From: a virus
Taxonomy: Duplodnaviria; Caudoviricetes
IMG/VR virus record: IMGVR_UViG_3300031555_004524
Coordinates: 184,150 to 248,149 of that record
DNA: 64,000 bases
Strand: one strand, 5' to 3'
The notes beneath the pieces are model-generated. The model did not search any database and was not told the origin of the DNA. It saw only the letters and a program-made list of their open reading frames with translations. The translations under genes and the position numbers were made by a program. Positions 9,593 to 19,510 of this stretch are shown here, in pieces. Positions within the stretch are counted from its first letter, which is position 1. Every line of letters begins with the position of its first letter.

Positions 9593-11278
9593 ATGGTTAA
9601 ATATCTATACAATGATTTATCTAAAGTTAATGATACTATTTATGAGAATCTTATTATGGCTATCGTTAATAATGTAAAAGAATCATTCTTAGAAAACCCA
9701 GATTATGATTTCCCTCAGGTCAGAACGGAAAGTTTATTGGAATCTGATATTGAGCGATTAACAAAACTTGCAAGTGTATTCGGTTCTTTTAAATTTGAAA
9801 GATTATTAGAAGCTGCAAAATCAGTTAATCCTATTGGATTAGTATATAATGATTTTATTACATGTAAAGAAAAAGTTGAATCTCATTATAATACTATTAT
9901 AGAAAATATGAAAGAATCTATCAAAGCTGCAGTTACAGAAGAATGTGATGGTATTCTTGGAAATTATGATCCATTTATCAAAACTTTAGTTGATCCTGCA
10001 TTTGCAAATACTATTGGAGCTTCAAAAAGTTCATCTGACAATATTTGTTTCATTAAAGAAAATACACATTCTGTAACAAGAGAAGACATTTCAAATGCAA
10101 TCTCAGTAATTGAGAATTGTGCTGATAGTGCTAGAGAACTTATTTCTATTGCTGAAAAGAAATGCTGTGAAACAAAAGAAAAGCTTACTATTATTAGTAA
10201 CGATATGGATAAATGTGTCAAAACAGTTCATGGTGTTGGTAAATCTACCGTAAAAGAAGCTATTGTGGCTGCTTGTTATCATGAAATGTATGATATGGTC
10301 AATCATGCACATATTGTGCAGTTAGAAAATCAGTTAATAGAATCAGTTAAACAGTCTTACAAAGTTTTAGCTATGGTAGCTAATCATAATCCAAGAGATT
10401 TGAAAGATTCTATTATCAGAACAGAATCTGTTTGCTTTATTGCTGAACAGGAATTTGATAGTGTTATTGAAGAGACTGTAGGAATGCATATAAGTGAATT
10501 TCTTATGGAAGGTGCCGTTAAAAATGCATTTGATCAATTTAAAGCTAAAATTACTTTAAGTAATGAAAGATTTCTTAAAAAGCATAAAGAAGCTGCATTG
10601 AAATCTAAATGTGATGGCATCACTATTGAAAAATGGTACATTCCTAAAGATATCAATGCTATTCATAACAAAGTTATTGCAGAAGTTAAAAAAGAAATGG
10701 ACCCTGAAACTAAAGATGTTAGAGAACTTAAAGCTAAATGGAAAGATATTTCTGGTACTTTTTTACTTGGAGGGGCTGACTCTAAAGGAGTTGCTATTTC
10801 AGCTAAAATGCTTGACGGAAAACAAGCTGCATTGATTAAAGATTTGGCACATAATGTTCAGAGAGATCATAAAGTTACACCATCCGATGTAAAAGAAGCT
10901 GTTAAGTTTTTAGAAAATTCAGATGCTGAAATTACAAAAGCATATAATGAATATATGAAACGTTCTATGGGAAGTTCATATGCTTTATGGAACCCTAAAG
11001 TTTTAGGAAGAACAAAAGGCGAAAGATATGTTAAGAAAATAAATACATTCATGCAAATGGTTCAGGATAATATTGACCTTAACTATCAGAAAATGCTTCT
11101 CAGTCAGCTTAAAGTTAAACAGCAGCAGAGTAGAGTAATTGTTTTGAAGGCTGCTAGAGTTTCATCTAATGAGGCTGCTTCTATTTTAGAAGCTGAAATG
11201 AATATATTAGATGAATATTTTACATATTACGAAAATTCAATTGATGATACATTTAATAAATATTCATATGATGAATAA
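9593..11278 (+). CDS. Internal head protein
   Basis: 561 aa; GGAGG RBS; repeated VKE/FLE/LLE/IIE/VTE motifs; related in style to the 6009 and 7214 proteins. Confidence 0.55.
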   Translation: MVKYLYNDLSKVNDTIYENLIMAIVNNVKESFLENPDYDFPQVRTESLLESDIERLTKLASVFGSFKFERLLEAAKSVNPIGLVYNDFITCKEKVESHYNTIIENMKESIKAAVTEECDGILGNYDPFIKTLVDPAFANTIGASKSSSDNICFIKENTHSVTREDISNAISVIENCADSARELISIAEKKCCETKEKLTIISNDMDKCVKTVHGVGKSTVKEAIVAACYHEMYDMVNHAHIVQLENQLIESVKQSYKVLAMVANHNPRDLKDSIIRTESVCFIAEQEFDSVIEETVGMHISEFLMEGAVKNAFDQFKAKITLSNERFLKKHKEAALKSKCDGITIEKWYIPKDINAIHNKVIAEVKKEMDPETKDVRELKAKWKDISGTFLLGGADSKGVAISAKMLDGKQAALIKDLAHNVQRDHKVTPSDVKEAVKFLENSDAEITKAYNEYMKRSMGSSYALWNPKVLGRTKGERYVKKINTFMQMVQDNIDLNYQKMLLSQLKVKQQQSRVIVLKAARVSSNEAASILEAEMNILDEYFTYYENSIDDTFNKYSYDE

Positions 11279-11282
11279 AATT

Positions 11283-11309
11283 TGGAGTAGAGGGTTTTCC
11301 TCTACTCCA
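11283..11309. terminator. Bidirectional terminator between convergent genes
   Basis: TGGAGTAGAGG-GTTTT-CCTCTACTCCA. Confidence 0.7.
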
Positions 11310-12489
11310 TTACTTTTCTGAAGGTTAACAATGTATTTGAAATGAATTCATTATCTTGCTGAATCATAATTTCTTTTTTAGCAGATAATATAAATCTACC
11401 ATTATATTCTTGGAACTCTTGATAGTTTCTAACAATATATTCTTTATTAGGTGTAAATAAAGTTCCGTCCAATTCAGTTCTTTGTATTTCTAATATTACT
11501 GATACACTATCTACCGTATGTTTAATTATATTTGTAGTATTAATATCTCTAACCCTTTCAATTTTAACTTTTTCAATAGATTGTTCATTTAATACAGATA
11601 AAGATAATTTTTTTGTAGCGCCATTATCATCTAATCCTATTATATGATTATAGTCTTTTTCCTGAACAAGGTTGAAAGCTAAATGTGTATCTAATGCATC
11701 TACATTCATAACATATGCTTTTTGTTCTCTATCAACGTCAATACCTACAGATTTAGATTCTATCGATGTGGTATTAACTATATTAATTACTATAGTATCA
11801 TAATCTGCATCTCCATCATCTACAGGATTACCTTCATTGCTTAAAAGGTAAGTTTTAGAAAAATCTCTGAAATATCTGTATCCTCGTTCATAGAAAACTT
11901 GATTTTTATTTAAAAATGATAATAGGTCTGTTATACTGCTCATAGGAGGAATGATTAGGACTGGTATTATTTCATTATTGATAAAAGGTTCTATAATCAT
12001 AGTCATATTTGTAGTATATTTGTTAACTACAGATATCATATTTGAATTCTTAATAATATCATTAAATAATCCTCTATTCTTATCTATAGATTTTGTACAT
12101 AATAATGCGATAGTACCTCTCTTGTATGAATCATTACTTTTATCCCTAGCAGTTTCCAATTTATTTAACGGTTTATGGTAATCAGCATCTGTTTGTATTA
12201 GATATGAAAATTCTTCTTGAATATATACTCTTTGCACTGCACTTGCTGCTTTATTATCATACTTCTTTAATGATAAAATTATCTTTGCTGTTTCTGCATA
12301 TTCTACCATTAAATCATATAGTGTAGAGTTTACATTGAAACTCATATATATAATTGGCATGTTATTATTATCGTAATCATAATTAGTTATTATCGCTAAT
12401 ATAGATTCCGATGGAATAATTACTGGATCTTCTTTGTCGTCATATGTAAACGTTGCACTTGCAGTGTAACGATATGATGTATTAAGCAT
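11302..12489 (-). CDS. Putative tail/baseplate hub-like structural protein
   Basis: 395 aa, beta-rich composition, GGAGG RBS, near-consensus late promoter (TACA-N6-TA, 12509-12520). Function is inferred. Confidence 0.4.
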   Translation of the reverse strand: MLNTSYRYTASATFTYDDKEDPVIIPSESILAIITNYDYDNNNMPIIYMSFNVNSTLYDLMVEYAETAKIILSLKKYDNKAASAVQRVYIQEEFSYLIQTDADYHKPLNKLETARDKSNDSYKRGTIALLCTKSIDKNRGLFNDIIKNSNMISVVNKYTTNMTMIIEPFINNEIIPVLIIPPMSSITDLLSFLNKNQVFYERGYRYFRDFSKTYLLSNEGNPVDDGDADYDTIVINIVNTTSIESKSVGIDVDREQKAYVMNVDALDTHLAFNLVQEKDYNHIIGLDDNGATKKLSLSVLNEQSIEKVKIERVRDINTTNIIKHTVDSVSVILEIQRTELDGTLFTPNKEYIVRNYQEFQEYNGRFILSAKKEIMIQQDNEFISNTLLTFRKVME

Positions 12490-12536
12490 AATAATACCTC
12501 CTTATAATTACTATAATGTAAAATTTGGCAAAAAAT

Positions 12537-12567
12537 AAAAGGTGTACTTCTATAAAGTACACCTTTA
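12537..12567 (-). terminator. Terminator
   Basis: TAAAGGTGTACTT-CTATA-AAGTACACCTTTA with an A-tract on the left. Confidence 0.7.
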
Positions 12568-12577
12568 ATATATATTA

Positions 12578-12949
12578 TTAATTCCCCATCATATCATATC
12601 CGAAATTGATAGCGTAAAGATTCTCTGCCAATAAAATATCAGCATTTATTATCGCAATCATTGATCGTACAATATTTACCCATAATTCTCTATTAATAGT
12701 TTCTTTTTCAATTTCCCACTCCAATATTATAAATCTATTGAGAATATATTCCATTGTGTGTGAATTTACAATACGACCAGTGTTAAATCCTTCTACAATA
12801 TCTTTACCTTGTTTAAGTATTTTTAATGCTGAATCTTTATCATGGTTAACCTGAACGCTAGCTTTTAATGTAGCAGTATTGATTGTATTTTTAATATACT
12901 TTAATATATCAATTCTATCTTCTGCTTTCATTTCCATTATTTCTGTCAT
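12578..12949 (-). CDS. Hypothetical helical protein (paralog-like to 13017-13394)
   Basis: 123 aa; GGAG RBS. Confidence 0.65.
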   Translation of the reverse strand: MTEIMEMKAEDRIDILKYIKNTINTATLKASVQVNHDKDSALKILKQGKDIVEGFNTGRIVNSHTMEYILNRFIILEWEIEKETINRELWVNIVRSMIAIINADILLAENLYAINFGYDMMGN

Positions 12950-13016
12950 ATTTAATTTTTCTCCTTTATTATGTATTTTTTATAAAAAAAGAAATGTGCT
13001 TGCGACTAGCACATTT

Positions 13017-13394
13017 CTATTCATTGTGTTGTATATATCTAATACCATGTTCGAGACAGCTGATGTCTGACTGTAAACACGAAATAATAGATAATAATGC
13101 AATTCTGCATATATTCCACCTAATTGGGAATGACAATTCAGTAGTTATATTTTCTACTTTCTTTAACTCACTTCCAATTAATTCTATTTTAAAGTCGATA
13201 TAATTTTTAGTAGCAGAATGAATTGGTAAGGAGTTTAATCTACTTGCATGATGGTTTAATGTTGATATAAATGATCGTATCTGTTCAATATCATCATCTA
13301 ATGATGATAATCTGATTTCATCATTTTCAAACGATTTCTTTATATATAATAAATCAAAATGCATTTCTTCTAATGTGATATCTAAGTTTACCAT
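13017..13394 (-). CDS. Hypothetical helical protein
   Basis: 125 aa; AAGGAG RBS; early-type promoter at 13431-13449. Confidence 0.65.
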   Translation of the reverse strand: MVNLDITLEEMHFDLLYIKKSFENDEIRLSSLDDDIEQIRSFISTLNHHASRLNSLPIHSATKNYIDFKIELIGSELKKVENITTELSFPIRWNICRIALLSIISCLQSDISCLEHGIRYIQHNE

Positions 13395-13430
13395 TTTATT
13401 TCTCCTTTTTTCTTATATGTATCGTATATC

Positions 13431-13449
13431 TCATTATTATAATATACAA
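13431..13449 (-). promoter_or_regulatory. Early-type promoter
   Basis: Minus strand TTG TATATTAT AATAA TGA. Confidence 0.6.
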
Positions 13450-13496
13450 TCTTCATATAAGATATTTTCAAATTAATATAACGCATTTTATATGCG

Positions 13497-14516
13497 TTAT
13501 ATTAATGACAAGAAATCAACTGGGTGTTTTTTATAATATTTATTTGATATCTCTTCTATACTTTGAGGATCGTATAAATTTGGATAGCCTGAATATTTTA
13601 TCATCTCGTTATATGAATACATTGCAAATTGATTACTTAATCCTATTGCATTTAATCTACAGCCAATTATAAATGCATCATTCCAAGTGGATCTATCTGT
13701 AGTTTCCAATAGCATTTTCACTGCAGTAGGAATCCCATATAATGATTTAATATTTCTTTCTGGTAATCTTGTCATAGCTAACAACAGGCTATAAGTATTA
13801 CCATCCTTAGGCAATTTTAATATATTTTCCGTTAATGCTACTTTTCTAGATTTACAGAAAGCTTCATAAATATTATCTCTAGTTATATAATATGATTGAT
13901 CATCACCTTGATACTTTACTGGTCTAATCATAATGAATTCATATATACCTTCAGCTCCACTAATAGTTACCAACTGTGAATTGTACATATCTTTTGACAA
14001 TACCAAATTTGGTATATTATTTGTAGAAGATGATGTATATGCATCTATATCCATCATAACCAAAGCAGCTTCATTCGAAGTTCTTATAAACTGAATTTTG
14101 TTTAAATATGGACATATCATATCTAGCATTGTACATGCATTGTTGATTTCTGGGTCAAAAATCTTCCCGTTTTTATGTGTATAATCTGGAGTATAGTTCT
14201 TATTAAAAGTATAATCTTCAGATGTATGAATCAAATAAATATTGCATTCTACACCATATCCCTTTTTAAAGAAATTCTTATAATGTGCACATAGATTGAA
14301 TATAGCTGCTGTAATAGGTATTTCGCTTTTACCTGAAGTTGCATCATTCAATGTATGAAATAATTCTGTTAGAGATATAAACAAATTTATTTCAGTTGCA
14401 GATGAATATTTATTATTGGAGAATAATTCTTGAATTATTTTACCAAGTTTTTCATATCTCACTGCATATCCCATTATACATTGTTCTACTGATTTGATAT
14501 AATTATATGCTGCCAT
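13497..14516 (-). CDS. Divergent 5'-3' exonuclease / RNase H (PIN/FEN fold)-like protein
   Basis: NEAALVMMD and LVLSKDMYNSQLV resemble EADD...S.DKDxxQL. LAMTRLPERNIKSLYGIPTAVKML resembles the H3TH motif. Several catalytic acids are missing. Confidence 0.5.
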   Translation of the reverse strand: MAAYNYIKSVEQCIMGYAVRYEKLGKIIQELFSNNKYSSATEINLFISLTELFHTLNDATSGKSEIPITAAIFNLCAHYKNFFKKGYGVECNIYLIHTSEDYTFNKNYTPDYTHKNGKIFDPEINNACTMLDMICPYLNKIQFIRTSNEAALVMMDIDAYTSSSTNNIPNLVLSKDMYNSQLVTISGAEGIYEFIMIRPVKYQGDDQSYYITRDNIYEAFCKSRKVALTENILKLPKDGNTYSLLLAMTRLPERNIKSLYGIPTAVKMLLETTDRSTWNDAFIIGCRLNAIGLSNQFAMYSYNEMIKYSGYPNLYDPQSIEEISNKYYKKHPVDFLSLI

Positions 14517-14905
14517 TACGCGATCAACTCCTTAGGATCATAGAATTCTGCTGGATCTACCCCATCAGGAATATCTACTGTAGTTTCTCCGTTAACAAGA
14601 GATACAATTCTATCACAGATATCTGGTCTATGCGTAAAAATACTATTTGCAATCTGCGTTGTATCTCCATAACCCTCTTCAATAAATACTGACATTAATT
14701 CAGAAGGTCCATCTTCTGTCATGAATGAATAACCTTTTAATGGGATTTCGCCACTTTCATCAGATTTATACTTTCTTAAATCCAATTTATATTCTGCTGA
14801 ATCTTTCCATCTAACCATGCGAAGCGCAGAAAAATAATTTCCCTTCTCCTCAATAATTCTATTTATTCCATCTTCTTGATATTCATATTTTAAATCAAAT
14901 ACCAT
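14516..14905 (-). CDS. PC4/YdbC-like ssDNA-binding protein
   Basis: ALRMVRW...KLDLRKY...GEIPLKGYSF matches the PC4/YdbC pattern (L..VSW...DIR.W...KGI.L). Confidence 0.6.
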   Translation of the reverse strand: MVFDLKYEYQEDGINRIIEEKGNYFSALRMVRWKDSAEYKLDLRKYKSDESGEIPLKGYSFMTEDGPSELMSVFIEEGYGDTTQIANSIFTHRPDICDRIVSLVNGETTVDIPDGVDPAEFYDPKELIA

Positions 14906-14931
14906 AATATAGTCCCCCTTTCAGTATAAAA

Positions 14932-14969
14932 AATATAGAGGATGGTTTAAGTACCATCCTCTATATTTT
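14932..14969 (-). terminator. Terminator
   Basis: AAATATAGAGGATGGT-TTAAGT-ACCATCCTCTATATTT. Confidence 0.7.
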
Positions 14970-15023
14970 GTGTGAATGAAAATATACATATAATATCCAG
15001 ATTGTATCCTGAATGATTATACC

Positions 15024-15860
15024 TTATTTATATTTTTCTGCTACAATTACATCAAGGCTACTTGGATTTACGTTTACTCCAAGTTCATTCATAATCTTAT
15101 GGTACTGATCCCATGTCATCTTTGTAATTGACAGAATCCAGTTACAGCCTGCCATGTTCTGCATTGGATATGCTGCTGTTCTAACTGGTGTAATTGGAGT
15201 TGCTGCATAGATAATTCCTGATTTTCCCTGTTTTTCACCATATACGAATTTGAGAACCTGAAGAATTTCTACTTTGATACACATATAAAGAGTTCCAGTT
15301 CCTCCAACCATTACGTTTGGTTTATCTTCGATAATGCTGATGAATTTATCGTAAGATGATGGATTATCCCATTTGATCTGTTTCTTAGCATCATCATGCA
15401 TGAAGTCATATAACAATTCAGATGCAATGCTTGTAAGTACAAATGTCTTTTCATTTCTACCTGCTAATGTAGCCTGGTGGATAAGATTTTTAATCTGTGG
15501 ACCACCTGTTTTAAACTGACTTGCTGCTGTTTCAAATGCTTTGAATGTTCCTTCTGTGGATTCATCTGTTGATGGGCGGAAATATAATTCAAGATCTAAT
15601 GTGTTTCCTCCATTTGGTGATGGAACTACACGAATTAAACTTCCATAGAAATCTGAGAATAATCCTTCGAATACAGTGTTGATATCTCTAGCTAATTCTC
15701 TTGATGATACATACTTAGTATCAAATGTTCCTTCGAAATAGAGAGGTTCTTTATTTTTTGCTCTTTTTCTCTCTTTCTCTTCTACTGCAGTTGCGCTACT
15801 GTTCTGGTTACCCACATAACCTCTGTTTTTGTTAAAAATACTCTGGGTTGCGTTAGCCAT
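15024..15860 (-). CDS. Conserved-looking hypothetical protein, likely highly expressed
   Basis: 278 aa; AAAGGAGG RBS; early-type promoter at 15930-15948. Confidence 0.7.
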   Translation of the reverse strand: MANATQSIFNKNRGYVGNQNSSATAVEEKERKRAKNKEPLYFEGTFDTKYVSSRELARDINTVFEGLFSDFYGSLIRVVPSPNGGNTLDLELYFRPSTDESTEGTFKAFETAASQFKTGGPQIKNLIHQATLAGRNEKTFVLTSIASELLYDFMHDDAKKQIKWDNPSSYDKFISIIEDKPNVMVGGTGTLYMCIKVEILQVLKFVYGEKQGKSGIIYAATPITPVRTAAYPMQNMAGCNWILSITKMTWDQYHKIMNELGVNVNPSSLDVIVAEKYK

Positions 15861-15929
15861 TTCATTTTCCTCCTTTGATTTGGTTTACATTGTTGTTTTA
15901 GTAATAATTAAATACTACATTTTTAACTA

Positions 15930-15948
15930 TCACAAGAATAATATATAA
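15930..15948 (-). promoter_or_regulatory. Early-type promoter
   Basis: Minus strand TTA TATATTAT TCTTG TGA. Confidence 0.6.
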
Positions 15949-15960
15949 TCATATTTAGAT

Positions 15961-16977
15961 TTAATATTTATCCCTATTTAATCTAATATGTTTATAAGCT
16001 TCAGTTGCAGAGCTTCCACCATGATATCCAATACTAGCAGCAATCTTCTGAATATTCTCTGCTGTTTCGATAGATTCTACAGGTATATGATATTTTCCAT
16101 GATGTCTATAAGCTACTAAATATAAGTTTTCGTGAATGTCGGAAACTAATACATAGTCTTTTTTAATTTTAGTTAAATCTATATCTTTCTTAAATTTAAC
16201 CACTAATGATTCTGTTATATTCTTACATAATAAAGATTCCAATACAGATTTATTTTCTGCTGATAGATTACTATCTTCATCTTTACCTAAATCTATATCT
16301 AACGGGAATATACCGAATCCTCTGTGTATATCATACATAAAATTATTACTTGCCAGTAGACCTTTTAAACTTTTACAATATCCGTCTACCATGTTTTCGT
16401 TTTTAGTGAAATTGAAATATATATCTCCCCCTCTGGATTTAGAGACATATCTTAAATGATCCATAAATAATGTATATAATACATTATCATATAATTTAGT
16501 TTTAATCAAAGATAAAATACTATCTAAAGTATCATCGATATAAATTGCAACTCTGTCTGCACTTTCTAACCCATCACATGCCATAACTTGCTGCAAGTTT
16601 ACACCTTCAGGTGCAGTATCTTTAGATATACTTATTCCACAATATTGCATTTGTGGAGAAATAGAGTTTGTAAAGAAATCTGTAATATTTTGTCTACAAA
16701 CTATATATGGGATTGGCTCTTTTGTATCTATTTCTTCTTTTTTTCTATATACTAATATAATTACATCTTCTAGATTTTTAATCTTTACTATATTAAACAT
16801 TACGAATGCATCTGCAGATAATAATGTATAATTTTCTTCTAATTCTTTATAAGTTAATATAATTTTTTCTCCATCTTCTTCTCGTATAGCTTTAATTTTA
16901 TCTGGATTCTTTTCGGATATGATTCTTATAATATTTATATCTTTATCGAAATACTTAGATCCTAATATGATATTCAT
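15961..16977 (-). CDS. Hypothetical protein
   Basis: 338 aa; AAGGAGG RBS; late promoter at 17006-17017. Confidence 0.7.
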   Translation of the reverse strand: MNIILGSKYFDKDINIIRIISEKNPDKIKAIREEDGEKIILTYKELEENYTLLSADAFVMFNIVKIKNLEDVIILVYRKKEEIDTKEPIPYIVCRQNITDFFTNSISPQMQYCGISISKDTAPEGVNLQQVMACDGLESADRVAIYIDDTLDSILSLIKTKLYDNVLYTLFMDHLRYVSKSRGGDIYFNFTKNENMVDGYCKSLKGLLASNNFMYDIHRGFGIFPLDIDLGKDEDSNLSAENKSVLESLLCKNITESLVVKFKKDIDLTKIKKDYVLVSDIHENLYLVAYRHHGKYHIPVESIETAENIQKIAASIGYHGGSSATEAYKHIRLNRDKY

Positions 16978-17005
16978 ATCACATTTCCTCCTTTTTTCTC
17001 TCTAA

Positions 17006-17017
17006 TATGTAGTTGTT
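17006..17017 (-). promoter_or_regulatory. Late-type promoter AACA-N6-TA
   Basis: Minus strand AACA ACTACA TA. Confidence 0.6.
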
Positions 17018-17039
17018 AGTGCTATTATAATCTACTATG

Positions 17040-17072
17040 AGCAGTATAGAGGATTATACCCCTATACTGCAC
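17040..17072 (-). terminator. Terminator hairpin
   Basis: GCAGTATAG...CTATACTGC stem downstream of the 17077 gene. Confidence 0.55.
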
Positions 17073-17076
17073 ATTA

Positions 17077-19386
17077 TTAACCATTTATACAACGATTATA
17101 AAATTCACTTAAACTTAGGCACTGAAGTTTTCCTTCTTCCATCTTCTCATTAATATAATCTACAATTGACTCAAATATTACCTTAGTAGCATTTACTTCA
17201 TCTCCATATTCAGTAACATCCCTTATTGTAAAAGCTACAGATAATCCATTTCTAATAATATAATCTATTCTAGTTTTTATATCATCAAATGTTACTAAAT
17301 TACTTATTAGCTGGCTAGGAATAACAAAATCCTTATCAGTGAAATTAGCAATGTATCCAGTTGAAGTTGCTTTAGCAATTTTAAATCCTAAATCTTTTAA
17401 GATAGGGATTGTTATAGGCATAACTATACCACGAGATCCACTATATGAAATAGGACTATAAATTACATTATCTTCGAGATGCATTTTAGTTTTCTTTAAT
17501 GCTTGATATTGATTTCTATAGTTATCATTTTCTAATAATAATTCTTTATTAGGATAGCAACTATTAGCTCCAATATCCCAACCATGAGCTACTCTTTGCC
17601 CTATAATGCTATCATATTCTTCATTTTCTAATACTCTAGACCCATTCATAAAAATAGTAGCAGGTATATTTGATTTTGTTAAATATGGATATAAATAGTC
17701 TGCTCCCACTTCTCTGAATTCTTCTATACTAAGAATAATAGTAGGTTTCATTCTCTGATTAAATGCAAATGCGCTTAGATAGAATGATAACCCAGACATA
17801 TAAGAATTTGCATGTACAATAATACTTGCAGTCTTCAGGTGATATAAATCTGGAGTTCCAATTACAATAAAATCATCTATACTTCTACATACAGTATTCC
17901 ATCCCTGTACCATTTCATCTTTCATGATTGTATATGAATAATAATTGCTATTAGGGTTTGATGGAATATCGCTACATAATACGAATTCTAATCCTTCATT
18001 TTCTCCGAATTGTTCATATGTAGGTTTATCTATATAGAAGCATACACTCGCAGTTTTAACTTCTTCTGGCGTAGAATCTAAAATCTGCTTAATATGTAAT
18101 TCAGAATCGCCAATAGTTATTTTTTTACTATTAACTCCATTTCTGATAAATTCATACTCTCCATTTGTAATAGTACCAGAACTTTCAGAGGTTACTATTT
18201 CACATGTATCACATAATTGTATCATTCCGTAATCTTCCATTAAGCCGCATCTATCCACTACAGTACCTAAAGATATTTCTATATCTTCTATTCTTTTAAT
18301 AATAGCTTCTGTCGTAGTTTTATTATCCAGATATGTAATTGCCATATTGATATTGGAATCCACACAATAAAAAATATAATCTTCAGAATGTAAAATAAAT
18401 GTATCTCCAATATTAGGAGAATAATATTCTCTATAAAATGGTCTATATTCACTAATTTCATATGGGCACAGCATTAAATTAGAAAATGAAACAGATGTGT
18501 TATGAATAAGATTAGCAGTTTTATATACGAATCCAATATGAGTAAATGGTTTAACTGCATCAAATTCAAATACTGATTGATGAGAATAATTAATTTCAGA
18601 TATAGATCCATCGGTATTATGTAATCTTAATACTATATGTCTATCAGCAAATATATCATCATATCTAACGATAGATTTCAGCCAATAATGGCCATTTCTT
18701 GCAGATGCTACTTCGAATATTATTTCTATAGACTCTTCAGATGTAAGATTTAAAGTCTGTGTATATTTGAAACCATTATCTACAATTTGAATTTTTTCTA
18801 AACTATTGCCAGTGTGATGCAAAGTTTTACAGTTTAATAAGTTTTTATCTTGAACTATTATTGCTTTTTCTAATATTTTATTAACGCTAAGATCTACAGG
18901 ACTTATGAATAACTCCACATTCCCTCTAAATCCATCCAACTGTATTTCATTTGCAACTATAGTTTTCTTCAATGTAGATAAATATGATATATCGGATATT
19001 CTTCTCTCATCATTAAATCTTTCATTTAACGTTACATTGTCTCCTCTAGCCTCAACAATTTCAGGATCTTTACCTTCAATATCAGCCGACAATATGAGAT
19101 TATTAATTCTTTTTCTAAGCTCAATTACATCTTCAGCTGGTGCTCTTAATGAAATAGCTAGAAAAAGTTCATCCTGCAATTCTTTTATTTTAGCACTTGT
19201 ATAGAAATAATCTCTACTAGGATCGATAAAATCTCCAGCAAATGCTTTTTTAAATTCTTTAACCGTAGTCTTTTTTGTATCTTCAATGTCTTCTACAATA
19301 ATTAAATTATCGTTTTCTACATTGAGTTTTTCATATAACTCTTCGATATGTATATATCTATTAGATGGTGTTGATGATGCACTCAT
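17077..19386 (-). CDS. Tail-associated protein with C-terminal NodB/CE4 polysaccharide-deacetylase-like domain (degenerate active site)
   Basis: N-terminal tail-fibre-type module, EIVEARG...LNERF motif, and C-terminal PTIILSIEE / IPATIF / GWDIGANS / LKDLGFK CE4 pattern. Confidence 0.65.
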   Translation of the reverse strand: MSASSTPSNRYIHIEELYEKLNVENDNLIIVEDIEDTKKTTVKEFKKAFAGDFIDPSRDYFYTSAKIKELQDELFLAISLRAPAEDVIELRKRINNLILSADIEGKDPEIVEARGDNVTLNERFNDERRISDISYLSTLKKTIVANEIQLDGFRGNVELFISPVDLSVNKILEKAIIVQDKNLLNCKTLHHTGNSLEKIQIVDNGFKYTQTLNLTSEESIEIIFEVASARNGHYWLKSIVRYDDIFADRHIVLRLHNTDGSISEINYSHQSVFEFDAVKPFTHIGFVYKTANLIHNTSVSFSNLMLCPYEISEYRPFYREYYSPNIGDTFILHSEDYIFYCVDSNINMAITYLDNKTTTEAIIKRIEDIEISLGTVVDRCGLMEDYGMIQLCDTCEIVTSESSGTITNGEYEFIRNGVNSKKITIGDSELHIKQILDSTPEEVKTASVCFYIDKPTYEQFGENEGLEFVLCSDIPSNPNSNYYSYTIMKDEMVQGWNTVCRSIDDFIVIGTPDLYHLKTASIIVHANSYMSGLSFYLSAFAFNQRMKPTIILSIEEFREVGADYLYPYLTKSNIPATIFMNGSRVLENEEYDSIIGQRVAHGWDIGANSCYPNKELLLENDNYRNQYQALKKTKMHLEDNVIYSPISYSGSRGIVMPITIPILKDLGFKIAKATSTGYIANFTDKDFVIPSQLISNLVTFDDIKTRIDYIIRNGLSVAFTIRDVTEYGDEVNATKVIFESIVDYINEKMEEGKLQCLSLSEFYNRCING

Positions 19387-19423
19387 TTATATATCCATCC
19401 TTTCTTTCTAATATATTCGATTT

Positions 19424-19435
19424 TAACTTAATGTT
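19424..19435 (-). promoter_or_regulatory. Late-type promoter AACA-N6-TA
   Basis: Minus strand AACA TTAAGT TA. Confidence 0.7.
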
Positions 19436-19470
19436 TTCCTATTATCCATATAACGAGTTATTACCAAAAA

Positions 19471-19504
19471 AAAATAAAGTAGGAAATATTCCTACTTTAT
19501 TTTT
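19471..19504. terminator. Terminator
   Basis: AAAATAAAGTAGGAA-ATA-TTCCTACTTTATTTT. Confidence 0.7.
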
Positions 19505-19510
19505 ACTGAT

